In this document: in pieces, positions 23,313 to 35,000 of the stretch
Position numbering within the stretch: position 1 is the stretch's first letter
How the letters are laid out: every line of letters starts with the position of its first letter
Assembly: GCA_051362555.1 (NCBI GenBank)
Contig: CM120640.1
Location: 54,910,788 to 54,974,787 of the forward strand
Source: Lingula anatina
Taxonomy: Eukaryota; Animalia; Brachiopoda
Length of the DNA: 64,000 nucleotides
Reading direction: 5' to 3'
The notes under the pieces: generated by a model
The model's database searches: none
Seen by the model: the letters and a program-made list of their open reading frames with translations, nothing else
What the model was told of the DNA's origin: nothing
Program-made: the position numbers and the translations under genes

Positions 23313-25381
23313 ATGAGTTCAAATGTGCGCTGTGCAATGTGTAAGGAAGTGACAATGCATCTTGAAGCATTGACATCAAATGAGGATTTGTTAAAAGAAA
23401 GATGCCGTAAATGTGAAGCATTAATACATCAAAAAGATAATTGTTTAGATGAACTAAGAAAGGAGCAAGAGTGTGTACTACTGGAGTTAAAAGCAGCACA
23501 TGCAGCAGTTTCTGACTTGGAAATCAAAGAAGCAAATTACACAAAGAATTTGTGCGATAAAGATTCCCATATAGAGAAACAACAGCGTGAGTTGCAGCAA
23601 AAAGATGATCTACTGGAAAAACTAAAATTTAAAGTAACTGAACTACAGACACTTCTAGAAGAGGTGAGGAACGAAGCAGACGCTCATTTGTTAAAAAACG
23701 AGGCATTACGTAAGAACACGACCTTTTTGTTAAAAGATAATGAAAAAATGAAAATGGAATATAACACACTCAAGGAAAGAATGCAGACATCATTCGATGG
23801 AAAGCTTGAATTAGAGCAAAAACTACGTGACACTGAAAATGAAAACAAAACACTGAAGGATAAAGTTAGAGAGCTAAGTGATTTAACAGATTCCCTAAAC
23901 CAAAAGATTTCAGAAAAAGATAAAATTATACTGGATGAGAGAACAAAGGTAGGGCGTCTCTATTTGGACACTAGTATAGAAGGTATCATGGATCCTAGTT
24001 TTACAGACACCGACAGTGAATGGCAAATGCAAATACTAGTAGTGCGCACATGCAGCACTAAAAATTGTGAATGGTTTTCTTATATAATTTCCTTGCGTAA
24101 CTTTTTCGTAAAGGGGGAGTTGCGTACTTTTCCGTTTATTTTATTGCAACTTAACCTATTTTAAATCCATGCACCCATGATTGTAAGTTCAACATATACA
24201 TTTAGTATCCTTCTACATATTGATATCATGCTCTCGATGTATGAATTTAGGAAAATACGAAAGATGCAGACATAATTTATGAAATGCTCATGGATATGGC
24301 ATACTCTGTGAAAGACGACAATCGACAACAGACAGCCGATATCAAAAATGCGCTGGAGGAAAATACCGGAAAAGTCTTGTCCCGACTGCGTGCACACGGA
24401 GATCCACATGTACCTGCAATATCGTCGCAACAAGCACCTATACCGTTTCCTCTGAGACCATATTTTTCTTCCGTAGCAAGTAGGCTAGGTGTGATAACGT
24501 TAAGCAAAGTTTTTTAATTTTTATGTAAAGTAACTCCTTGGTACCTTTTTTTACCATTTTGCCAAAAAAAATTCCTGGGGTAAAGGACAATTTTCCCGTA
24601 CTTATCAATGGTTAATGAATCCATCCCGACATTCAAAGTTAGTCCCTGTTTTTTTTTCTAAACAGTTTTTTTTGTTCGTAATATTCTCAAAATGTAACCA
24701 TCGTTGGAGGTCACGTGATGTGATGGAAACCCCAAATTCCAGAATTATTGCGTTAATTGCCGTTTTGGTGGTGAAATTGAATTTATTATATTTCTGTGAG
24801 CTGTATTTTTGTGAAACGTTTATTTCATATGAACAGTTGTTATCCCTTTAAAAAAGAAATATTATATAAGTCATTCAGAAGTATTAAAAGACGTATTAAA
24901 TGGATAATAAGTCTTGAGATATCTGTTTCACAATAAAAACATTGTGATCAACTCATAGAAATGCAATATATTCTGTTGTACCACAAAAACGGCAGTTATA
25001 GCTATTATTCTGATATCTGAGCTTGTTTTCAGACCACGTGACCTCCATTGATAGCTATACTCTGTTATAATCTCTTAAGAGATTATTTTAAAAAAAAAAC
25101 CAACTTTTTGGAAAAAATCAGTGAATAACTTTGAATGTAAAAATGGATTCATTAACCATTGGTAAGTATGGGAAAATGGGTGTTTACTCCAGGAAAATTA
25201 ATTTTTTGGCCAAAACGAAGAGTTATTATCCCTTTAAGTCACTTGTCACTACTTTTGTAATTCTTTCAATGTTTGGGTCATGATTGGGGCGTCACATTCT
25301 TGTAACTATTTATGCAACTTTTTATTATTTATTTATTTATTTTCATTTTTATTTATTATTTGCTTTATCATCATCATCATC

Positions 25382-25414
<33 letters not shown>

Positions 25415-26552
25415 TACTTATTTTTTGTAATGTAAATCATGGGCCGGAGGCCTTAAATCCTTGTATAAACTTGTTAGATTTCTTTGGTACCTTGACAATC
25501 ATGTTTGTGCGTACATGAATTACCCATGTTTAAAAAGCGTTGAAAATATCGTGTAAGTATTTGCAATTTCAAAATTGCGATTGTTCTCTGACATTACACT
25601 GTATAAGTCATGTGCGTTTGAATCCGAGGAAACTTGGAACTCGTATTCAGTCCAACTATCTTACTTCTTATCGTTAGGAAACGACAGTATATCTCTTGCT
25701 CGGGCTTTGGGGATCCCAGAAGACGTAAGTGCAAACATCTGGGAGACATATAAAACACTTGGCAACGAAGAAGTGGTTTGGCGTCTGCTCGGGAAGTGGT
25801 CGAGTAGTGGAGAGGCTACAAAAGAGAAATTGGAAGAGGCCTTGAATGAGATAGATGCTGCTAGATTGCTAGGTAGATATAAACCTATTTATACTGTGCA
25901 TGCCTGATAAAGTGAAACGAATCATTCCAGAGGGAATTTTTGTATACTTTTATTAATTATCAATATCGCATATCTAAAAATCCATCTGATTTCGGTTTTA
26001 AGTTGTAGTGCAACTCTTTGGGAAAATAAAACCTTAAATGTTGGAAAATTACGTCTCTTCAGTTTCAATTTCATTTTTTAAAATTTACATCATTTTCAGA
26101 ACCACAGATGACAAAAGAACACCAGGCGATAATTAAAAATAACCTCCTCTTCCTAAAAAACAACCTAATGGAGGTCACATTGTTGCTCACCTATCTGCAG
26201 AATGATGGTGTCCTGAGTTCAAAGCAGGCAGAGCGTATTAAGTATCCAGAATCAAGATGCGACAAAATTGATTTACTCTTAGATGAGCTGCCAAAGCTCA
26301 ACCACCGTGCATTCGAGTGCTTTCTACATGCACTGGAATCAAGCGGACAGAATCATATCAAAGAAAAATTATTAACAGGTGAATAGTTTTTTGACTTTGT
26401 TTTTTATATTCTACTTATAGGGGGCCTACCCCCCCCCCCCTCCCCTCACAGGTAAACCCATCATTATTCTTATTACGCTTATAACGGGATTGTCGTACTG
26501 TGTTTAGATGTAAATAGAGAAAGGATGTCGATTTACCTCTACTCCTCCCAAC

Positions 26553-26608
<56 letters not shown>

Positions 26609-27039
26609 GTGATGATGATGATGATGATTATGATGATCAAAGAGTTATCAAAATGTTCATATTAGTTTTTATGGAAAGTATAAAGAATGAGTCTTTTGGA
26701 AGAGGAAAATTCTTAAAATTATCAGTCAGTTGTCATTCTATTCTGTAATATCCCCTAGCTTCAAGTGGAACTGGTATCCAAATACAAGCGGCAGCAGAAG
26801 ATGCTGCAACAGAACGTAACGACAAACCTGACGACATTCTACAAGGACACGACACAGAAACCCCCCCTCAATTTGTTCAAAGCTTGCCAACGGGCACTGT
26901 TACAAAGGAAGTATACATCGATGAAAGCCTATCAAAATCGGCAGAATTTGCACCACAAAATCGCCAGTTTGGATTCAGACGCCTGTTTTCCAGCATTCGG
27001 AGGAGTTTCAAAAGGAAAAGCAAATCAACATCTTCCTGA
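23313..27039 (+). CDS. Uncharacterised death-fold adaptor: N-terminal CxxC/coiled coil + death domain + CARD + basic amphipathic C-tail, ~542 aa
   Basis: Exons 23313-23948, 24251-24488, 25678-25872, 26100-26378 and 26759-27039, all GT-AG (1629 nt, in frame). Death domain across a junction: YFSSVASRLG|NDSISLARALGIPEDVSANIWETY...VWRLLGKW...ATKEKLEEALNEIDAARLL. CARD: MTKEHQAIIKNNLLFLKNNL...LLTYLQNDGVLSSKQAERIK...KIDLLLDELPKLNHRAFECFLHALESSGQNHIKEKL. Confidence 0.82.
24526..24847 (+). mobile_element. Kolobok-like (TTAA) MITE, diverged copy
   Basis: Colinear with the family members at 24900-25233 (inverted) and 33322-36830 (CAATGGTTAATGAAT, ACATTCAAAGTTAGTCCCTG, GGAGGTCACGTG). Ends GTTATCCCT-TTAA. 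Confidence 0.65.
24900..25233 (-). mobile_element. Kolobok-like (TTAA) MITE
   Basis: TTAA-ATGGATAATAAGTC ... GAGTTATTATCCCT-TTAA termini. It is the reverse complement of the element split at 33322-36830. Confidence 0.75.
26557..26637. repeat. (AAT)n then (GAT)n trinucleotide microsatellite
   Basis: Directly visible in the intron after the CARD exon. Confidence 0.9.
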
Positions 27040-27165
27040 TCGCGAACTATCTTTTAAACTTTATTACACCTTGAGAATTATCTAATCTTTATGCATATGG
27101 TTATCAATTGTATGAGTATGGGTCAGGCTACACGAGTCATTATTATAAATTAAGGCATTATAAAG

Positions 27166-27485
27166 CAGTGGCGGATTTAGAGAGGGTGGGGTCGAGGGGT
27201 GCTGATCCCCCCCCTCCCTTCAGTTTCTGAAAAAAAATCACACTGATATTTTCCATTTGAAATTAAAAATTTGACTAGCTTGTTTATAGTTCTTAACCGT
27301 TCCAAATGACACCATTTGCCCTCCAAAACACCATTGTATTTTAGAGTTATTCAGCGGGCCCTGATCCCCACCACAAGGGGGCTGAGGCTGAGGCTGAGAG
27401 TATCCGAGGCCAATCATCCCTAAAAATTCGGACCCCCCCCCCCCCCCCCCCCCGCCCACTTCAAATAATACTGGATCCGCCGCTG
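27166..27485. mobile_element. CAG...CTG hAT-like MITE, intact copy
   Basis: TIRs CAGTGGCGGAT / ATCCGCCGCTG with a perfect 5-bp flanking duplication TAAAG (27161-27165, 27486-27490). Confidence 0.8.
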
Positions 27486-28679
27486 TAAAGGGGAAATATA
27501 CCCAGTTTTGTCTGGCGAAACATGATGGGAATTGTCAATTTTCAAAATATCAGATTTGACATTTGGATGCAGTGTTTGAGTCTGATGATATAGCAAGATA
27601 GTTAAAACACGGATGCAGGACCGGGTGGAGTGGCGTAAGTTGTTTTCCGTTGCGTCCGCTGACGAGTGACGCCCTCGACTCGACATATACTGTAGTTTTA
27701 GTGACATACTTCATACATTAGTCGTCATTGGTATTTTATTTGAAAAATCTCCCAACACCGTGGCCTGCTTATAGTTTTGCCATTTTTCTGGTGTTACTAG
27801 AAAATAAGACAGTTTTATGGTATATATAACTGTCTTTTGCCTTTGTTTGTCTGTGCAAAGAGGAGGATATCCCTCTTTGGTCTGTGACTGGAACAAAATA
27901 AGACTGCTCAACTATCGCAATGGCTGCAGGTCTTCTGCGGCTACCCAGTCAAGTCGATGTTTTTTGTTTTTTTTCAAGTGTAAGATATCAACTTTTCTCT
28001 CAGATTTTAAGGTTAATGGAATTAATTAAGGAAATGACATATAAGTTAAAGTTATAACTGTAACAATTTTGCATTGGAAATGTCCAGGAAACGAGAGAAT
28101 CCTTCATATTATTTAAACATGTCTGTTATCCCATCTATAATAGATTCTCTTTCTTTATTTTCTCCTAATGTTTTTTTTCTGGAGAAGGGGAAGTGCGTGT
28201 TAATTGCTTTTTTCTTTCTTTTTTTAAATTTCTCTCTCAAAATTGAAAATTCAGTTATTGGGATAAGATGATTGTATCATAATATTTGATGCGCAACCTT
28301 TGATAATAACCTTATGTGATCAATTGCGTTATTTGTTACTGCTGTAAATAAAAGTATGCAAAATAAACTGGTCGTTTTTTTTATCACTCCACACCAACCC
28401 GGCTGAAACCAACTGGTCTACTATAATATTAATAACAATTAGTCATTTGCTACGGCGGTAGCAAAAACGCTAAATTTCTTTAAAATATTTAATAAACCTT
28501 TCAAATAGGTTTTAAGGGCAGAAATTGTATGTTTTTATTTTTAACATTCACTGGACAGACAGGAGTCAAATTAAAACAATCCTTTCAAACAGTCAAAACA
28601 ACCCATGGTAAGACTTATGATCTGATCAAGAAAGCTACCCTGCTCAACGTTGTTTTCCAAGCGTAATTAAGTCACGAAT

Positions 28680-28750
28680 TCGCCCTGTGATTGGTTAGTC
28701 ACTGTATTTGTCGACGTGGCTCTTTCAGCCTGGCCAGCTATTTATAAATC
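28680..28750 (+). promoter_or_regulatory. Putative core promoter of the CREB3L gene
   Basis: Inverted CCAAT (ATTGG 28690-28694), GACGTGGC (28713-28720) and TATA-like TATTTATAAA (28739-28748), in order, followed by CpG-rich leader sequence up to the ATG at 29100. Confidence 0.6.
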
Positions 28751-29099
28751 AGTGCGCGTGAGATAAGCCTCTAAACTTGTCAGAAAGTTGCACTTCCAAC
28801 TCGATTCTGTATGGTTGGATATATTAAACATCAATAATAATAGAAGCGAAGATCATATTAAATTAAAAGTGGTGGAGGAATAGGTGCGAAGTGCTGTCAT
28901 ACGCAGATTTACTTTTCTACAGGTGTTCGCGACAGGATTCGGTGTTCGGCGGTGCTGCGGTCTGGGTATTCCCTATGTGCATGCGATTCGTTCACTCACA
29001 GCTGTGACTGTTGAACAGAGTAGACACTACCTGTTCGAATGGTAATTACTTGTAATTAGAAGTCACAGACACCGGTATACCGGGCTCAGATCGCCCATA

Positions 29100-32000
29100 A
29101 TGGATTCCTTCTGCTCCGATCGTAGACTTTCGGAGCTCGAGGAGAGCGACCTTGGACAGTTTTTGGACAACGATGACGTTTTTGATTCCCCGGCTTCACT
29201 GGTGAGTCCATGTTTCTATGTGACCTTTGGTTCAAACCATATTGCCCCAAGTTTGTCCACTTTGTGGACTTTGAGTTAGATATGACAAACTTATATGAAT
29301 GTCCGGACAAGAGGGCCTAAGGTCTTTACCTTGAAATGTAAATATTTTACTTGAAAATCGGAAATGAAGTTAACTAAATCCATACAATATGTTTACTGAT
29401 GACATGTGCCTGTTGTTTTTACATCCTGTTTCTTTTCCGAAGTCCAATTGCCGTATTTCAATTGATACGCCAGGCAAAGATTTTTATATGATTGTCTAAT
29501 AGGATTTGATATTAATAAATATTACATCATTTTTTTCCATATGAATAAATAATGTCTGTCATACAGTGTGCTCAGGTGTAAAAACCTAAGGGGGTGTGGT
29601 CAGCTGATGTGACGCTAGTACTGGTCAATGTTTAAGGACCAAACCCAGTCACCCCTTAGGATACCATTGTAGTAATCTTGTTGACAGATTTTATGAATTA
29701 TGAACGGGGATGTTTACCTCAGTTGAAAAGGTATTGCTGGGTGTTGCCCAAGTGTTGGGTATGTTAACAGCCTTACAGGGATCATGTTGCACTGGAGTAC
29801 AATAGAGGTACAGACTACAGATGTAATTGCTCATCATTATAGGGTGACAGTCATGTATATAGTGCAGAATGATGCCGATGTTTGATATATCTTCTTACTC
29901 ACATGTTTTCCCTCCAGAAGATTTAGGTCTGATATGCTATCATGATATGTTAATGGGAACCCAATTAGCTTGTATGATTAACTTTGAAACAATGCCATTT
30001 TCTTTTACATCAGTAGGTTAATGTTTGAAATTTCATTCAGTTTATCCACTTCTCCTGGGTCTGTGGTTTAGCTGATGCAATGGTTACAGAATAAAAGTAT
30101 AGGGTTTCAAATTTAAAACAGATGTCAGTCATTCAAAATATACTTCACCCTTGTGAAGAAACACACTTGCAGAATACTAGAAGTTTATAGTGATAGCCAT
30201 TGCTTTAAACAAGCACTTGGTGCATGTGGTGATAATTTAAATCACTCGTGTATTAAATGGGTATCTAAGGTGAAAAGTGTTTGTTGAAATTTAGTAAGTT
30301 ATTGTTTGAAAAAAAAAGGGGGTGGGTTTCTGAAGTTATGTATAATGATTGTCAGCATGGGGATATTTATTTTGAACTGGATGATGCCTATCTGACACTG
30401 TACGAAAATGCCTATGATAAACGATACTTTTGCTAGAAGGGTTTAGATGTAATAAAAGATAGATGCATTTAGAGATAACACCTTTCTTATCATAGATTTC
30501 ATATTATGAACTTAGGACAATTTTTTGTGCAAAACATCTTTGAGATTGATGCACCATTTGTTAATAAATTTTGAACAAGATGAGAATAACGGCATGCTAA
30601 TATATTTGTATCCTATCTGCTTTTTGATAGGCTGAGGTATAATTTACTGAAAATGTAAGTAAATAACCTATATGTTGAAGATATAGTTTAGATGGCTCTA
30701 ACAGTTGGTTAGGTTCACATAGTCTCAAGGGAGGTTACAGGAATCCCAAACAATATGTACAGTAGGATCTAGTTCCCTAGCCTGAGGACAGTAGTAATAA
30801 TGATAATGCCAGCTTTGATATCCATACAGGATATGCTTGGTACACTGTAGATGTGATCACTTGCAAGTATGTAGAAACCTTTGCCCCATAGCATAGTCAC
30901 ATGGTGGTTTGAAAAACTTCCATCCACAATGCAATTACTCATTGCGTACAATGCCCCTGTTATGTGCTGTTTTTTATGAATTAGATATAAGGTTTTTAAG
31001 TGATCTTCGAGTTTTATAAAATGGATCTAGACTGTTTCTACACAGCATACCTTTGATCAGAATGCCTTACTCCTAATTAGCCAACATAATAGCCAATTTC
31101 TTCAGGAGACCCTCAGGTGAGTTAGGTCACCCCCTTTAATTACTATTCTATTCATTAATTGTTCTTTTGATTCCTGAATACCTTTATTGTTCCTCTTGCA
31201 CCTTGTACATGTCTAGACAAACGTTCACACCAGGGTGTCAGGAGATAACCACTATTAGGACATATTATGGTATTGTAAAGCTTGTCACTTCATTGAATCT
31301 GGGCTCCATTTACTCTGTGATTCCTAGTAAAAATGATAACAGAAAGCTTGCATAAAACCCCCTTCCCTTTAAGCAAAGATATATCTAGTTGAGATAATTT
31401 TTGAAGGGAGATAGTCATCAGACTTTATCTCTGTTGTCATCATGGAATCATATTGACCAGTTAAACTTTTGAGGACAAACAATGCTGGGTGCACAATGGA
31501 ACTGTGTAAAGTGGCGTCTTGTTTACTTGTTGTGGAGACGGTTGTGATACTGATGGGGACTGGTAAACAACAAGCCTATTGTAAAGTATTGACAAGAGAA
31601 ACAATATCGACAGATTTTGAACACAATCCCAATTCAATGTCCTTGGTCTGTCTCCTGGGGTCCAGGATCCAGCACAAGTTGTCTGGAAGCTGTTATGTTA
31701 TCTGTGACAGCCATCAACTTGGACAGAAAAAAGCATAGCTGATATTTTAGGAACCCAAATATTTAAGCACTGATAACATGAGTTAGAATGTTTGCTTGAA
31801 AATTTGTTTGGTCTAATTTTAACTCAAACCATTCAATTTGAGCTCAGCTGTCCAGGATAAACTGATGATAAAGACACGATTACTGGATAAACTCTGAAAC
31901 ACACTGCTTAGAAAGTAAAGGAAATTGCACTGTTTTGATATCCAAAATGTTCATCATATATCCCCCACCTGAAAGATAAGGCATGAAAGCTGTGTCTGTT

Positions 32001-35000
32001 AACTAGGGACTTATAATATCCAGGTGTACACAAATTCCATCTGTTCTGAAGGTGAAGGTTTATTCCATCTTTTAGCATGCCAACTTCTCCCCTGGCCTAG
32101 GGCCCAGGCTTAGGAAGTTGTTTCTGTGCTGATATCTGTTAGCTAAGTTACAACTTCGTGATTTATGTTGCAATAGTTGAATAATTCATGCATTAAAGAG
32201 TTAATGGGAATTCTCTACATATAAGTACAATGAAAAAGATAACTTAGTAAAAATTGAATTTCTTATTATCTGTGCAGACTTTTCTTGCATCATGATATGA
32301 CATTGTATTTTTCCACAGCATGCGTCACTCTTCAAATCATTTATAAGTCATGATACAGTTATAAAATATTAAAATTTGATGGTTGTTATACAGCTTTGAA
32401 TGGTGAATATTAATCCTGCATAGGATTTTTTTACTTGAATTTAGATTATTGAAGTTGGATTATTAACATTAATGACTTGGATCTTTTCAATGGGCCAAGA
32501 TTATCAAACTTTCAGATTCAAAATTTTTTAATCACAACAATTATATTTCTATGTAGCATTTTTGGTGCTTTTACTGCATAGAATAGAGCTATAGAGTGGC
32601 CTACTTTTTAATTTATTCCTACCACTGAATAGGAATGCTGTAATTTTAAGAAATTATAACTTTAAAAATACAGTATCTGTAAAATTAAAAAATTCTCCCT
32701 GTTGAAAAGATTGATTAATTGCTGTATTTAAATAAGCACCCTGTCATTTCTTCATCAGCAGATACAAACCAAACTAAATAACCCAACTCTTTAAATTAAG
32801 GGAGGCAAACAAACATAAGTCTTGAATGTTTTAAAAATTTTTTAGAGATTGAGAAAGTTTTGAAGAATTTGAAAGTTACATGTTTACTATAAAATTAATA
32901 AGTTATTTTAAAATGAGTTGAATACATTGAGCTTCATTATTTCCAGCAAACTATGGGTGGGCCATATGGACACATGGAAGATGAAGAATGGTTGAACAGA
33001 CTGTTTGAAGACCCAGTGTTAAATGACAAGATGATTACAGAGGCTGCTGAACTTCCCCACATCGCAAACGAGCACAGCTACTCCATGTCCAAGAATGATA
33101 CCCAAGATGGAGAATCTGCACTCAGAAATGACTACAAAGGTAAGCACTGATTGAGACAGGCACTCGCTACCATTTTCTTTTGCCTATATCTTTTCGTCTC
33201 AAAATATTATTACTTATGATAGTATTTGTATATCAGATATGTCTTTCAATCTAGTTTTCCTTTTTCTATCAGTTATGCTCCAGAGACAAAGTAAAAGTGT
33301 TTTGGTGTTTGAAATAGTTAGAGTGATAATAACTCTTTGTTTCGGCCAAAAAATGAATTTTCCTGGAGTAAACAACAATTTTCCCATACTTACCAATGGT
33401 TAATGAATTCATTTTTATGTACAGACACAGATGTGTCTGTACATATTGCCATCACCTGCGTCTGTCGTCGCCGTCGCCGTCGCCGTCGCCGATCATGTCG
33501 CCGTCGCCGTGCACTTTCAGCGTTAACACCATAAGTGGAAGACAGTTTTACTTTTTGGCTTTATATTTACAGAGCTGATGAATATTCATAAAACACAGGT
33601 CAAGTTCGAAAATCAGCATGATCGGGCCATTATTGTAGAATTTATGCTGTTTTTTCACTTTTCAGCATATATGCAACACTGTTAACACATTTCAAGGAAA
33701 ACTGATAGGCCTGTTGTCATGAAACTCACAGGAGTAATCAATCTTACTCAAAAGCAGATCAAGTTCGAAAATCGGCATGATCGGGCCACTATTTTAGTAG
33801 TTATGCTGTTTTTTCACTTTTCAGCATATATGCAACACTGTTAACACATTTCAAGGAAAACCCATAGGCCTGTTGTAATGAAACTCACAGTAGTAATCAA
33901 TCTTACTAAAACGCAGGTCAAGTTCGAAAATCAGCATAATCGGACCATTATTTTATAAGTTATGCTGTTTTTTCACATTTCCTCAGATTCAATTCTTAGG
34001 CATGTTAACAGTCTCATTATTTAATTAATAAGATATGTAAAAGTGTTTTTTTGACATTTCCTGCATCTTTACAACATTGTTAGTTGATTACGTAAAAATG
34101 ATGGTAAACTTGTAATCGTGTATTGTGTAATAAGGTGTCAAAAATGGAAATAAACTCATATCATTGCAGTTTGTAAGATTCAATCATTCACTATGTTCAG
34201 AAACTCAGAATGGAGGAAATTGGACATTTGACACTGTTCTATTGATATTTTTCACATCTCATCAATTTTCTTAGTTGATCATATAAAAATGGCAGTAAAC
34301 TGTTAATTTTGTTTTATGTTAAAAAAGTGTTAAAAATGGAAAAAAAAAAACATTTCAGAACAGTGCTGTCTTGTTAAACTAATAAGATACGTAAAAGTTT
34401 TTGTTTGACATTTCCTGCATCTTTACAACATTGTTAGTTGATTTTGTAAAAATGATGGTAAACTTGTTATCGTGTATTGTGTAATAAAGTGTCAAAAATG
34501 GAAATAAACTCATATCATTGCAGTTTGTCAGATTCAATCATTCACTGTGTTCAGAATCTCAGAATGGAAGAAATTGGACATTTAACACTGCTCTATTGAT
34601 ATTTTTCCCATCTCATCAATTTTCTTAGTTGATTATATAAAAATGGCAGTAAACTGTTAATTTTGTTTTATGTTAAAAATTGTTAAATATGGAAAAAAAA
34701 ACATTTCAGAACAGTGCTGTCTTGTTTACATTTTGGCATTTTCAAGTTGTGTCTTTGAAGTTCCATGGGCCTGAAGACCTTTGCTAGTCACATTTTCTGA
34801 ATATCCATGATACTAATATTTTATTATTAAAAATTGATGGTAATTATGCTGTTAAACATTATGTAATATTGCATCAAAATTTGAAAAAAACTTATTTTGG
34901 GCACTGCTCCCATGATGACCATTTAAGAAAAACCATGTCACTTACTGTTCTCAAACAGTACAGTAAATATATATAGATGTGTCTGTACATATTGCCATCA

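Noticed and set aside
23949-24164. C-terminal 71 aa of the 283-aa ORF
   Set aside because: It follows a good donor (AAG|GTAGGG), loses coiled-coil character and looks like intron read-through.
26765-27085. 106-aa ORF from the track as the last exon of the DD-CARD gene
   Set aside because: The phase-1 acceptor at 26758/26759 selects a different frame ending at TGA 27037-27039, so the listed ORF is an off-frame shadow.
33591-34000. Regular ~160-bp repeats as a CRISPR-like array
   Set aside because: The units repeat along their whole length with no unique spacers, lie inside a Helentron-type element in a eukaryotic intron, and no cas genes are present.
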